This document shows positions 29,897 through 39,566 of a DNA stretch of 64,000 nucleotides, one piece after another. The notes beneath the pieces were generated by a model that was given only the letters and a program-made list of their open reading frames with translations, did not search any database and was not told the origin of the DNA. Each line of letters opens with the position of its first letter. Position 1 is the first letter of the stretch. Position numbers and translations under genes: made by a program. Origin of the DNA: Candidatus Thermofontivivens primus (GTDB taxonomy: Bacteria; Sysuimicrobiota; Sysuimicrobiia; Sysuimicrobiales; Thermofontiviventaceae); assembly GCA_031458695.1 (NCBI GenBank), contig JAVKJW010000005.1, positions 32,001 to 96,000 on the forward strand, given 5' to 3'.

Positions 29897-31512
29897 CCAT
29901 CCGCATCCTGGACCGTTCCGTGGTCGAGCGCATCGCCGCGGGAGAGGTTATCGAACGTCCAGCCTCTGTGGTCAAAGAACTGATTGAGAACGCCCTTGAC
30001 GCCGGCAGCACGGCGATCCACGTAGAGATCCTCGACGGCGGCCTCTCCTATATCCGGGTCAGCGACAACGGGTGTGGGATGACTGCAGAGGACGCGGTGT
30101 TGGCCTTAGAGCGCTTCGCCACGAGCAAGATCTCTTCAAGCGAGGACCTAGATAAGATCCGTACGCTAGGGTTCCGAGGAGAGGCCCTACCGAGCATCGC
30201 ATCAGTGAGCCGCCTGGAGCTTGTGACACGGGCCTCCCCTGCACCAGAGGGGAGGCGCCTGATCGCGGAGGGAGGGGCGGTTACCGTTGAGGCGGCCGCT
30301 AGTCCTGTGGGGACCAGCGTCACAGTCCGCGACCTCTTCTACAATACCCCTGCACGCCGGAAGTTCCTCAAATCTCCTCTGAGGGAGGCCGAGCTGGTGC
30401 AGAGGACGGTCCTCCGGTACGCCCTCGCCTACCCGCAAGTTGCCTTTCGCCTCACCATTGACAGAAGAGAGAGCCTAGTACTCCCCCAAGGGAAGCTCCT
30501 GGATCGGATCGCTGCCCTGTGGGGGAGGGAGGTTGCTTCGGAGATGCTGGAGGTCCAGTGGGAGGGTGTTGATCTCCACGTGTGGGGGTATGTCAGCCGG
30601 CCTACCATCGCCAAGGCAAGCCGGGAATTCCAACACCTCTTTGTCAACGGCCGGCCAGTACGCCCAGGATTTCTCTCTGTGGCCATAGAACGTCCCTACC
30701 ATGGCCTCCTCCCGCCGGGGAGGCACCCTCTCGCGGTCCTCTCCCTGGTGATCCACCCATCCCTCGTCGATGTGAACGTCCACCCCCAAAAGGCGGAGAT
30801 TCGGTTCCTCCAGGAGAGGTCAGTCTACTGGGCGATTTCGCAGGCGATCGGAAAGGCGCTCTCTCGCATTTCCCCTGAAGAGATTCCCCAGCAGGCTTGG
30901 CCATTCCCCGAAAGTAGGGCTGAGGAAGTTCGAGAAACCCCCACCCCCTACATTGGAGACCTCCGTGTCTTGGGCCAGCTACACCACACCTATATCCTTG
31001 CGATAGATCCTCAAGGGCTCTGGATTGTGGACCAACATGCCGCCCACGAGCAGGTTCTCTTTGAGCGGATCCTCAAAAACCCTAGCCCTGTGATCCTTTC
31101 CCCGCCAGTGAGCCTCCAGGTCCCCCCTCGGGAAGGGGAACTCCTGCGTACCTTCCAGGAAGTTCTTGAGGCGATTGGCGTCGAGATGGAACCATTTGGG
31201 GGCCAGACCATTCTCATCCGCTCCGTCCCTGAGGTTGCTAAAACCGTAGACCTCACCGAGCTCCTAGTCGAAATCGGCGGAGTTCTTGATCGCTACAGAG
31301 GTAGTCTCTCTGAACACCTCCGAGAGCAGTTGGCAATGAAGGTTGCATGCATCGCTGCCTATAAGAGCGGGGATCCTCTTACTCGTGAGCAGATGCAATC
31401 CCTTCTGGACGAGCTCCAGACCGCCTGGTCCCCTGCAACCTGCCCTCACGGCCGGCCAACCTTCGTGATCCTCTCCGTGGAGGAATTGGAGCGGAGGTTT
31501 CTGCGGAGATGA
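29893..31512 (+). CDS. mutL: DNA mismatch repair endonuclease MutL
   Basis: IAAGEVIERPASVVKEL, GFRGEAL, DQHAAHE and CPHGRP motifs. Confidence 0.97.
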   Translation: MTIRILDRSVVERIAAGEVIERPASVVKELIENALDAGSTAIHVEILDGGLSYIRVSDNGCGMTAEDAVLALERFATSKISSSEDLDKIRTLGFRGEALPSIASVSRLELVTRASPAPEGRRLIAEGGAVTVEAAASPVGTSVTVRDLFYNTPARRKFLKSPLREAELVQRTVLRYALAYPQVAFRLTIDRRESLVLPQGKLLDRIAALWGREVASEMLEVQWEGVDLHVWGYVSRPTIAKASREFQHLFVNGRPVRPGFLSVAIERPYHGLLPPGRHPLAVLSLVIHPSLVDVNVHPQKAEIRFLQERSVYWAISQAIGKALSRISPEEIPQQAWPFPESRAEEVRETPTPYIGDLRVLGQLHHTYILAIDPQGLWIVDQHAAHEQVLFERILKNPSPVILSPPVSLQVPPREGELLRTFQEVLEAIGVEMEPFGGQTILIRSVPEVAKTVDLTELLVEIGGVLDRYRGSLSEHLREQLAMKVACIAAYKSGDPLTREQMQSLLDELQTAWSPATCPHGRPTFVILSVEELERRFLRR

Positions 31513-32462
31513 TCCCACATGGTCCTTTGATCGTCATCTGTGGCCCCACGGCGGTCGGGAAGACCGCTGCGAGTATCGAGGTTGCCAAGGCAATTGGGGG
31601 AGAGATCATCTGTGCAGATTCGCGGACTGTCTACCGATACATGGATATTGGGACCGCCAAGCCGACGGAGGATCAGCGGCGGCAGGTTCCCCATCACCTC
31701 CTGGACGTAGCTGACCCCTCCGAAGTCTTCACCGTCGTCCAGTTCGTGGCAATGGCCGAGGAGGCCATCCGGAGCATTCATGAAAAGGGGAAGGTTCCCC
31801 TTCTGGTAGGGGGTACGGGCCTCTACATCCGTGCGGTAGTGGACGGGCTGACGATCCCAATGGTTCCCCCGAACTGGGAGCTTCGGTCCCGCCTGGAGGA
31901 GGAGGCAAGGAAGTTCGGACCAGAGGCCTTGCACCGCCGGCTCGCCGAGACTGACCCCGTCGCGGCACAACGCATTCACCCTGGAAACGTCCGGAGGGTC
32001 ATCCGAGCGCTGGAGGTGTACGCGGCCACAGGTCGTCCCATCTCTTCCATGCAGTCCCGCAAAGGATCTCCCTATACTGTCACCATGATCGGCCTTACCC
32101 TGGACCGGCCAAAGCTCTATGCACGCATCGCAGACAGAGTCTATACACAAATCCACCAGGGCCTCGTGGAGGAAGTCAGAAGCCTCCTTGCGCGGGGATA
32201 TTCCCGAGAGCTCCCTGCTATGCAAGGGCTCGGATACAAGGAGATTGCGGGGTACCTGCAGGGAGAGTACTCGCTGGAGGAGGCGATCCGGCGGGTGATT
32301 GTCAACACCCGCCGCTACGCCAAACGGCAGTTTACCTGGTTTCTCCGGGATCCCCGGATCCAGTGGATCGACGTGGACGATCTTTCTCCCCCTGAAATAG
32401 CAAGGAGGATCCTCGGCTTGCTGGGGGAGATTGGAGCTCGGGGGAAGAGTGTGGTACCATGA
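31509..32462 (+). CDS. miaA: tRNA dimethylallyltransferase
   Basis: GPTAVGKT, DIGTAKP, VGGTGLY and YAKRQFTW motifs. Confidence 0.96.
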   Translation: MIPHGPLIVICGPTAVGKTAASIEVAKAIGGEIICADSRTVYRYMDIGTAKPTEDQRRQVPHHLLDVADPSEVFTVVQFVAMAEEAIRSIHEKGKVPLLVGGTGLYIRAVVDGLTIPMVPPNWELRSRLEEEARKFGPEALHRRLAETDPVAAQRIHPGNVRRVIRALEVYAATGRPISSMQSRKGSPYTVTMIGLTLDRPKLYARIADRVYTQIHQGLVEEVRSLLARGYSRELPAMQGLGYKEIAGYLQGEYSLEEAIRRVIVNTRRYAKRQFTWFLRDPRIQWIDVDDLSPPEIARRILGLLGEIGARGKSVVP

Positions 32463-32566
32463 GGCAAATAGATGGAACAAGGAGGCGGATTCGCTCGCCC
32501 AGCGAAGGAGTCTTGGCGTAATCTTTTGGTAAGACCTCTTAAGGGTACTGGAGGGGAGGAAAGGGT

Positions 32567-33739
32567 ATGGAGTCCAAGAGGTTACAGCGAGTCCCAAGTT
32601 ACCTGTTCAGCGATCTTGACCGGAAACAGGAGGCTCTGCAAGCCCAGGGAATGGATGTGATCAACCTGGGGGTAGGGGACCCTGATCTCCCCCCGCCTCC
32701 TCATGTCGTAGAAGCGCTGCGGCAGGCACTCAACGAACCGGCAAACCACCGGTATCCCCCTTACGCGGGAACGAAGGAGTTCCGGGAGGCGGTTGCCCAG
32801 TGGTACCAGCGAAGGTTTGGGGTGAGCCTGGATCCAGACCGCGAGGTACTCGCACTGATCGGTTCCAAAGAAGGACTGGCTCATCTCCCGTGGGCCCTCC
32901 TCGACCCTGGCGACGTTGCGCTTGTACCCGACCCAGGTTACCCGGTGTATAAGACAGCTGTCTTGCTGGCAGATGGGGAACCCTTCCCAGTTCCATTAGA
33001 TCCTCAAAGTGGCTTCCTTCCTGATTTGGAGACTATCCCTCCAGAGATTGCACGGAGGGCGAAGGTCTTCTTTCTGAATTATCCAAACAATCCTACAGCA
33101 GGTGTAGCAACCAAGGAGTTCTTCAGGGACCTTGTGAAGTTTGCACAAGATTATGGTATTATCCTTGTGCAGGATAACTCCTATTCTGAGATCGCCTATG
33201 ATGGATATAGACCCCCGAGCCTCCTAGAGGTCGAGGGGGCCAAAGAGGTAGGGATTGAATTCCACTCGCTCTCTAAGACATACTGTATCACGGGGTGGCG
33301 CATTGGGTTTGTCGTGGGCAATCCCAAGGTGGTAGGAGCGCTTGGGAAGCTCAAGACGAACCTAGACTCGGGAGTGTTCCGGGCAATCCAACATGCGGGA
33401 ACGGTGGCCCTCAATGGGCCTCAGGACGAGGTCCTCAAGCGGTTGGAGGTCTTCCAACGGCGCAGGGATCTTGTGGTCAACCGCCTCCGGGAACTTGGGT
33501 GGGAGGTGCCGCTTCCCAAAGCAACGTTTTATATCTGGCTCCGAACCCCCGATGGTTCAACTGCGAGAACCTTCGCAGAGACCGTGTTGATGCGGACCGG
33601 GGTGGTGGTCACTCCTGGAAGCGGGTATGGTGAGAGGGGAGAAGGATATGTCCGCCTCTCGATCACTGTACCCGATGCCCGCCTTGAGGAAGCCCTCAAC
33701 CGGATCACCGAAGCATTCAAGGGCTTCGGGCAAGGTTGA
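32567..33739 (+). CDS. dapL: PLP-dependent aminotransferase class I/II, probable LL-diaminopimelate aminotransferase
   Basis: IGSKEGLAH, NYPNNPT, EFHSLSKTY and GWRIGF motifs. Confidence 0.75.
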   Translation: MESKRLQRVPSYLFSDLDRKQEALQAQGMDVINLGVGDPDLPPPPHVVEALRQALNEPANHRYPPYAGTKEFREAVAQWYQRRFGVSLDPDREVLALIGSKEGLAHLPWALLDPGDVALVPDPGYPVYKTAVLLADGEPFPVPLDPQSGFLPDLETIPPEIARRAKVFFLNYPNNPTAGVATKEFFRDLVKFAQDYGIILVQDNSYSEIAYDGYRPPSLLEVEGAKEVGIEFHSLSKTYCITGWRIGFVVGNPKVVGALGKLKTNLDSGVFRAIQHAGTVALNGPQDEVLKRLEVFQRRRDLVVNRLRELGWEVPLPKATFYIWLRTPDGSTARTFAETVLMRTGVVVTPGSGYGERGEGYVRLSITVPDARLEEALNRITEAFKGFGQG

Positions 33740-33796
33740 TAGGTTCCTTCTGGGGTCACTGAAGATCGGCAGAGGCAGGGATTCACTAAAGGGGAG

Positions 33797-35611
33797 ATGG
33801 GAAGCCTGGAAAGGATCCATGGCCTGACGAAAGGGATCAAGGAAGAGCACCGGAAAGCTTTGGAAGCCCTCCGGGGGTTCACCATTCCTTCGAACGTCAT
33901 TTGCACCCCAGAGCTTGCTGGAGAGATCGCCTACCTAAGTCACGTCATTGGGAGAGATGTGGGTGTCCTCGTGGACCGTCACGGATCGGTCCATGAGGTC
34001 GTACTTGGCCACCGGTGGGGGTCGTGGTTAGAGGAGATCCCGCCACGGAGTGGCTCCCAACCACTTGCTGGGCTTCGCCTCATCGAGGCCCATCCCGTGA
34101 GGGACGGGAGGCCCACGGATGCGGAGCGAAGGCTCCTGTTTGACGCGGGCCTCGACCTCCTCGTCACTCTCGGTTCTGCCGATGGCTTGCCTACGGAGGC
34201 GTGGATCGCTACTTTGGGGGCATGCGATGGTCGTCTCACCATCCATGAAGAGGGCCCCTACACCATGGACACCCTTGCGCACCTTGACCTCGCCTATCGC
34301 GTCCGCTCAGCCGAAAAAGCCCTCCGTTCCACTCTGTTGAGGCCTATCAGGGCTCCGACAAAGGAACGGGCAATTCTTGTGGCCCTTCAAAGGGGTGGAG
34401 GCGCGGATTGGGAGATAGAGGACTCCCTGGAGGAGCTCACCCGTCTTGCGGAGACCGCAGGAGCCCAGGTGGTGGGCGTGATCACCCAACAACGCAAGAG
34501 CCCTGATCCAGCCACGTTCATCGGTCGCGGGAAGGTCCAGGACGTTCTGCGTATGAGCGATGAAAAGGAAGCGAACCTGGTGATCTTTGACGATGAGCTT
34601 ACCCCAGCACAACAGCGGAACCTGGAGCAAGCACTTGGGCTCAAGGTCATCGACCGTACCGCGCTCGTCCTGGACATTTTTGCTCGGAGAGCGCGGACAC
34701 GAGAGGGCCGTTTGCAAGTAGAACTCGCCCAGTTGCAGTATATGCTCCCACGCCTCGCAGGGAGGGGCGTCTGGCTTTCCCGCCTCGGAGGCGGCATTGG
34801 AACACGAGGCCCTGGCGAGACGAAACTGGAAGTGGACCGGAGGCATATTCGAAGCCGCATCACCGACTTGAAGCGAGAGATCCAGGAGATCAGCCGGCAC
34901 CGTCGGCTCCACCGGGAGGCCAGGAAGGAGGCGGTACTTCCGGTAGTGGCCCTTGTGGGGTACACCAACGCCGGCAAGTCGACCCTCCTAAATGCTCTCA
35001 CCAACGCGAATGCTTTCGTGGAGGACAAGCTCTTTGCCACACTGGATCCTCTCGTCCGGAAGGCGATCCTTCCCGATGGGCGAGCGGTCCTGTTCGTGGA
35101 CACTGTCGGGTTCATCCGGAAGCTCCCCACCCAGCTCGTGGCAGCCTTCCGGGCAACTCTGGAGGAGGTTGTAGAATCCACCTTGCTTGTCCATGTCGTG
35201 GATGCCACCCACCCGCGCAGGCTGGAGCAGGTTCAGGTGGTCAATGCGATTCTAGAGGAGCTAGGAGCTTTAGAAAAGCCCGTCGTATATGCCTTGAACA
35301 AGGTGGATGCACTTTCTCCACAGGAAGTGCAAAGGATCCAGATGGAGATTCCCGAGGGCGTACCAGTCTCGGCGTTGTATCATAGAGGCCTTGCAGACCT
35401 CCTTGCGCGTATCTCCGAGCGCCTCCCTGGTCGCCCTGAACGCCTTCACCTGCGGATTCCTTATACAAAAGCAAGGCTTCTAGCGGAAATTCGCGAGCGT
35501 GGGAAGGTCCTCGCAGAGGAGTTTAAAGAGGAGTGGATAGAGATAGAGGCAGAGGTACCCCCCGCGGCAGCGAACCAGCTCAGAGCTTTCTTGCACGCCG
35601 AAACGCAGTAG
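33797..35611 (+). CDS. hflX: GTPase HflX (long N-terminal form)
   Basis: GIGTRGPGETKLE, GYTNAGKST, DTVGFI and NKVD motifs. Confidence 0.95.
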   Translation: MGSLERIHGLTKGIKEEHRKALEALRGFTIPSNVICTPELAGEIAYLSHVIGRDVGVLVDRHGSVHEVVLGHRWGSWLEEIPPRSGSQPLAGLRLIEAHPVRDGRPTDAERRLLFDAGLDLLVTLGSADGLPTEAWIATLGACDGRLTIHEEGPYTMDTLAHLDLAYRVRSAEKALRSTLLRPIRAPTKERAILVALQRGGGADWEIEDSLEELTRLAETAGAQVVGVITQQRKSPDPATFIGRGKVQDVLRMSDEKEANLVIFDDELTPAQQRNLEQALGLKVIDRTALVLDIFARRARTREGRLQVELAQLQYMLPRLAGRGVWLSRLGGGIGTRGPGETKLEVDRRHIRSRITDLKREIQEISRHRRLHREARKEAVLPVVALVGYTNAGKSTLLNALTNANAFVEDKLFATLDPLVRKAILPDGRAVLFVDTVGFIRKLPTQLVAAFRATLEEVVESTLLVHVVDATHPRRLEQVQVVNAILEELGALEKPVVYALNKVDALSPQEVQRIQMEIPEGVPVSALYHRGLADLLARISERLPGRPERLHLRIPYTKARLLAEIRERGKVLAEEFKEEWIEIEAEVPPAAANQLRAFLHAETQ

Positions 35612-35619
35612 GGATTTAT

Positions 35620-36234
35620 CTAATGCAAACGCCGGATGAGTGCAATAGCTTTCCCCAGGATGACCACGTCCCGGACGAGAATGGGCTCCATGGCGGGGTT
35701 TTCTGGTTGCAACCGGATGTACTCGCGCTCCTTGTAGAATCGCTTGACTGTCGCTTCGTCCTCCAGAAGGGCAACGACGATATCTCCGTTCTCGGCAGTC
35801 TGTTGCCTGCGTACCAGAAGAAGATCACCGTCGAAGATCCCGGCACCGACCATGCTGTCGCCACGAACGCGGAGTAGGAAAACTTCCTCGCCACGCACGA
35901 AATCCCAAGGAAGAGGGAAGACATCTTCGATATTCTCCACGGCGAGAATAGGCTGCCCTGCCGTGACCCGGCCGATAATCGGAACGGGCACAACCCGCTT
36001 CATGGGAAGGCTTGTCTCATCACGGAGGATCTCGATGGCTCGGGGTTTTGTGGGATCCCGGTGGATATATCCTTTCTTTTCCAAGGCGGCAAGGTGGCTG
36101 TGGACCGTTGAGCTGCTGGTCAGTCCAAGGGCGCGCCCGATCTCCCGCACTGAGGGTGGATATCCTCGGGAACGTGTGTACTCCTGGATATACGAGAGGA
36201 TTTCCCGCTGCCGTTTTGTCAGGGCTTTGCTCAT
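35620..36234 (-). CDS. lexA: SOS repressor LexA
   Basis: [13 protein letters not shown], Ala-Gly cleavage site (VTAGQP), GDSM serine and ATVK lysine. ATG at 36234. Confidence 0.96.
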   Translation of the reverse strand: MSKALTKRQREILSYIQEYTRSRGYPPSVREIGRALGLTSSSTVHSHLAALEKKGYIHRDPTKPRAIEILRDETSLPMKRVVPVPIIGRVTAGQPILAVENIEDVFPLPWDFVRGEEVFLLRVRGDSMVGAGIFDGDLLLVRRQQTAENGDIVVALLEDEATVKRFYKEREYIRLQPENPAMEPILVRDVVILGKAIALIRRLH

Positions 36235-36268
36235 AGGAAGCCCTCCTTCTGAAGTCTTCACCGGGCAG

Positions 36269-36308
36269 ATTATACCACAACTTCCATCTTTTGGCAAACA
36301 TTTGTTCG
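36269..36308 (-). promoter_or_regulatory. lexA promoter (TTGCCA-17 bp-TATAAT, extended -10) overlapped by SOS box CGAACAAATGTTTG (36295-36308)
   Basis: The box resembles the recA operator and GAAC-N4-GTTC. Confidence 0.8.
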
Positions 36309-36444
36309 CAAAGAACTTATTTCGCATAATGTTTATTATGTAAACAACCTTCTTTGAGAAGGGCGTTGAGGTATCGCTCCCCGCTGAGGAGTAAAATAAA
36401 GGCCGGAGCCACACCTTCTCCTCGCGAATGGTAGGGTCGACAGG

Positions 36445-37242
36445 ATGGCAAGGGCATGGATCGGTACTTCAGGATATAACTATGCCCACTGGGAGGGAGT
36501 CTTCTATCCTCAAGGGTTGCCAGCACGTAAGTGGCTTTCTTACTATGCTCAGAGGTTTTCCATCGTCGAGTTGAACGTCACGTTTTACCGACTTCCACAG
36601 AAGAAAACCTTTGAGACGTGGGCGAAGACAGCGCCTGAAGGGTTTGTCTTTGTTCTCAAAGGGAGCCGTTTCATTACGCACATTAAGCGGTTAAAGGAAA
36701 CGGAAAGCTCTCTCTATATCCTGTTCGACCAGTCCTCACCTCTTGCGGACAGGATCGCCGCCGTCCTCTGGCAGCTCCCTCCACGCTTCCGGGCGGACCT
36801 GGAACGCCTGGAAAGCTTCCTGCAGGCTCTGCGCGCTTCTCCCTTGGCCCAGCGCTACCGCCATGCTTTCGAGTTCCGGGATATGACGTGGTTCCGCGAT
36901 GACATCTACGAGATCTTGAAAAAGCACAATGTCGCCCTCGTCCTTGCAGATTGGCCCTTCCAGGTGCTCGGGCCAGGGATGAAAGCCCAGCACATTGACA
37001 GGGAGGCGATCCAGGTCCCCCATACTGCCAATTTCGTCTATCTCCGCCGACACGGGCCCGGGGCGCTGTTCAGCAGCAACTACCCGGAGAGGATGATCAA
37101 ATCTGACGCAGAGGCAATCCAGAAGTGGCTCGCGGAGGGCCGGGAGGTCTATTGTTTCTACAACAACGATGTCGCTGGCTATGCCGTCAAGAATGCGTTA
37201 AAGCTGAAGGAGCTGGTAGAAGGAAAGGGATCAGCGTCCTGA
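36445..37242 (+). CDS. DUF72 (YecE-like) protein
   Basis: [32 protein letters not shown] and NND motifs. Confidence 0.9.
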   Translation: MARAWIGTSGYNYAHWEGVFYPQGLPARKWLSYYAQRFSIVELNVTFYRLPQKKTFETWAKTAPEGFVFVLKGSRFITHIKRLKETESSLYILFDQSSPLADRIAAVLWQLPPRFRADLERLESFLQALRASPLAQRYRHAFEFRDMTWFRDDIYEILKKHNVALVLADWPFQVLGPGMKAQHIDREAIQVPHTANFVYLRRHGPGALFSSNYPERMIKSDAEAIQKWLAEGREVYCFYNNDVAGYAVKNALKLKELVEGKGSAS

Positions 37243-38130
37243 GGATGAAATGACAATAGCATCTAACCGAGTAGCGGCTTCACGGGCAGAAGGGTGGATA
37301 ACGAACCCGAAGAGGACCACGATGAACTTTCCAGGAAGCTGCGGAGCTAATTGGGTAGCCTTGCGGACAGCTGCCTCCACGTCACGGCCATAGATTCGAC
37401 TCTTTACCTCACCCACCACGGCTACTACTTCACCATCCTGGGTTCCCTCCCCGTAGAAATCCACCTCCACCTCTTGGCCATCTACGGTGAAGAAATGACG
37501 ATCCAACACAGGAACTTGAATCCCATAATGCTGGGCGAGGTAGGCGGGAGTCACCTCGCGAGCAAGGTCTTCGAGGGTAAAGCCTATGGTTTCGCTGAGG
37601 CGGAAAACTTGCTGTGAAAGGGTACGGACGGTCTCTTCTGTCCTCGCTTGTGCCTCAGCGAGCCTGGCAACGGCCTCTTCAAGGCGCCCTACACGTTCTT
37701 CAGTCCTCGCTTGTGCCTCAGCGAGCCTGGCAACGGCCTCTTCAAGGCGCCCTACACGTTCTTCAGTCCTCGCTTGTGCCTCAGCGAGCTTGGCAATGGC
37801 CTCTTCAAGGCGCCCTACACGTTCTTCAGTCCTCGCTTGTGCCTCAGCGAGCTTGGCAATGGCCTCTTCAAGGCGCCCTACACGCTCTTCAGTCCTTGCT
37901 TGTGCCTCAGCGAGCTTGGCAACGGCCTCTTCAAGGCGCCCTACACGCTCTTCAGTCCTTGCTTGTGCCTCAGCGAGTTCTCCCAGCCGAGTCTCTGTCC
38001 TAACTTGCGCCTCAGCGAGCCGATCGACGCGCTCGGCAAGCACTTGAAGGGTACCCTGCGTCTGTGCCTGAGCTTCGGCCAAGCGGGCAAGAGCAGATTC
38101 TAACCTGTCCACGCGAGGATCGCGCAACAT
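37231..38130 (-). CDS. Coiled-coil repeat protein with a C-terminal PD-(D/E)XK-like domain
   Basis: 21-aa repeats LAEAQARTEERVGRLEEA(V/I)A(K/R), then EVDFYG...VGEVK. Confidence 0.8.
   Translation of the reverse strand: MLRDPRVDRLESALARLAEAQAQTQGTLQVLAERVDRLAEAQVRTETRLGELAEAQARTEERVGRLEEAVAKLAEAQARTEERVGRLEEAIAKLAEAQARTEERVGRLEEAIAKLAEAQARTEERVGRLEEAVARLAEAQARTEERVGRLEEAVARLAEAQARTEETVRTLSQQVFRLSETIGFTLEDLAREVTPAYLAQHYGIQVPVLDRHFFTVDGQEVEVDFYGEGTQDGEVVAVVGEVKSRIYGRDVEAAVRKATQLAPQLPGKFIVVLFGFVIHPSAREAATRLDAIVISSSGR
37634..37977. repeat. 63-bp tandem repeat, about 5.5 near-identical copies
   Basis: Unit tcttcagtcctcgcttgtgcctcagcgagc(c/t)tggcaa(c/t)ggcctcttcaaggcgccctacacg(t/c) read directly from the sequence. 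Confidence 0.97.
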
Positions 38131-38279
38131 ACGCCCTCATTCTCCGTTTGAAGCATATCGGCTTATTCCCTCTACGTCAAGGGTCGCACGACGCAGCTCG
38201 CGCTCGTCCGGTGAGCATGGATCCATTTCGGCTACCGGGGCGAAGCGGTAGCAGTGGGTAGAGTGAGGGATGAGGGGGG

Positions 38280-39566
38280 CTAACGAAGGTGACGGAAGAC
38301 CTCTCGTGCAGCTTCTACTGTACGCTCGATCTCTTTCTCGCTGTGGGAAAGGGAGACAAACCAAGCCTCAAACTGGGAGGGTGGGATGTATACCCCTCTC
38401 TCCAGCATCCCCCAGAAGAAACGGCTGAACTGCTGCTTGTCGGAACGGTTCGCGTCATCGAAATTCTCAACAGGACCTTCTGTGAAGAACACGGTGAGCA
38501 TAGATCCAACTCTGTTCACGGTCACAGGAATCCCTGCTTCTCTTGCTGCTTCCCTTAATCCTTCCGCCAACCGCACCCCAAGCTTCTCCAGCCGGCCGTA
38601 TGGGTCCGTGGTCCGGAGGATCCGCAACGTAGTCGCCCCGCATGCCATAGCCACGGGGTTCCCGGAGAGCGTTCCTGCTTGGTACACCGGACCGAGAGGG
38701 GCAACGAGCTTCATGATCTCTCGCGGTCCTCCAAAAGCGCCCACAGGGAATCCGCCACCAATAATTTTCCCCAGGCAAGTGAGGTCTGGAAGAACCCCGT
38801 ACAAAGCTTGTGCGCCTCCATAGCTCACGCGAAATCCTGTAATCACTTCATCAAAGATGAGCAACGAACCCGAACCCTTGGTCAGCCTGCGTAACCCTTC
38901 AAGGAACCCAGGCTTTGGGGGAACTACTCCCATGTTCCCGGCGATGGGCTCGACGATGACAGCCGCGATGCGTTCGCCATATAGTTGGAAAGCCCGCTCC
39001 ACAGCTTCGAGGTCGTTATAGGGAAGGGTCAAGGTCATCTCCGCAATTGCCTGGGGGATTCCGGGCCGCGTTGTGATTCCGAGGGTGGCGATCCCGGAGC
39101 CACCTTGGACGATGAGCCCATCGGAATGCCCGTGGTAGCCCCCAGCGAATTTCACCACTAGATCTCTGTTGGTATACGCTCGGGCCAGCCGGACCGCGCT
39201 CATGACCGCTTCTGTCCCCGAGTTGACCATGCGCACCATTTCCACCGAGGGTACTCCTTCCACGATCAGTTGGGCAAGATCTACCTCCCATGGGGAAGGC
39301 GCTCCGAAGCTGCTCCCCAGCCGGAGAACCTGGGAGGCAACCTCCACCACCTCTGGGTGGGCGTGCCCAAGGATCAACGGTCCCCAGGAGCACACGTAGT
39401 CGATGAATCTGTTGCCATCCACGTCTATAAGATAGGCCCCTTCCCCCTTCGCAATGAAAAAGGGGGTCCCTCCGACAGCTTGGAATGCGCGTACAGGGCT
39501 GTTTACGCCTCCTGGGATCAAGTTGCAAGCCTGGGCATAGAGCTGTTGTGACCGATTCTGTATCAA
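38280..39566 (-). CDS. hemL: Glutamate-1-semialdehyde 2,1-aminomutase
   Basis: PGGVNSPVRAF, NSGTEA, FDEVITGFR, GKIIGGG and YQAGTLSGNP motifs. Confidence 0.96.
   Translation of the reverse strand: MIQNRSQQLYAQACNLIPGGVNSPVRAFQAVGGTPFFIAKGEGAYLIDVDGNRFIDYVCSWGPLILGHAHPEVVEVASQVLRLGSSFGAPSPWEVDLAQLIVEGVPSVEMVRMVNSGTEAVMSAVRLARAYTNRDLVVKFAGGYHGHSDGLIVQGGSGIATLGITTRPGIPQAIAEMTLTLPYNDLEAVERAFQLYGERIAAVIVEPIAGNMGVVPPKPGFLEGLRRLTKGSGSLLIFDEVITGFRVSYGGAQALYGVLPDLTCLGKIIGGGFPVGAFGGPREIMKLVAPLGPVYQAGTLSGNPVAMACGATTLRILRTTDPYGRLEKLGVRLAEGLREAAREAGIPVTVNRVGSMLTVFFTEGPVENFDDANRSDKQQFSRFFWGMLERGVYIPPSQFEAWFVSLSHSEKEIERTVEAAREVFRHLR

Noticed and set aside
32462..32567. hfq between miaA and hflX
   Set aside because: No Sm-fold ORF; the gap holds a repeat fragment followed by an aminotransferase.
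37634..37977. CRISPR array
   Set aside because: The units are contiguous with no unique spacers, stay in frame within a CDS, and no cas genes are nearby.
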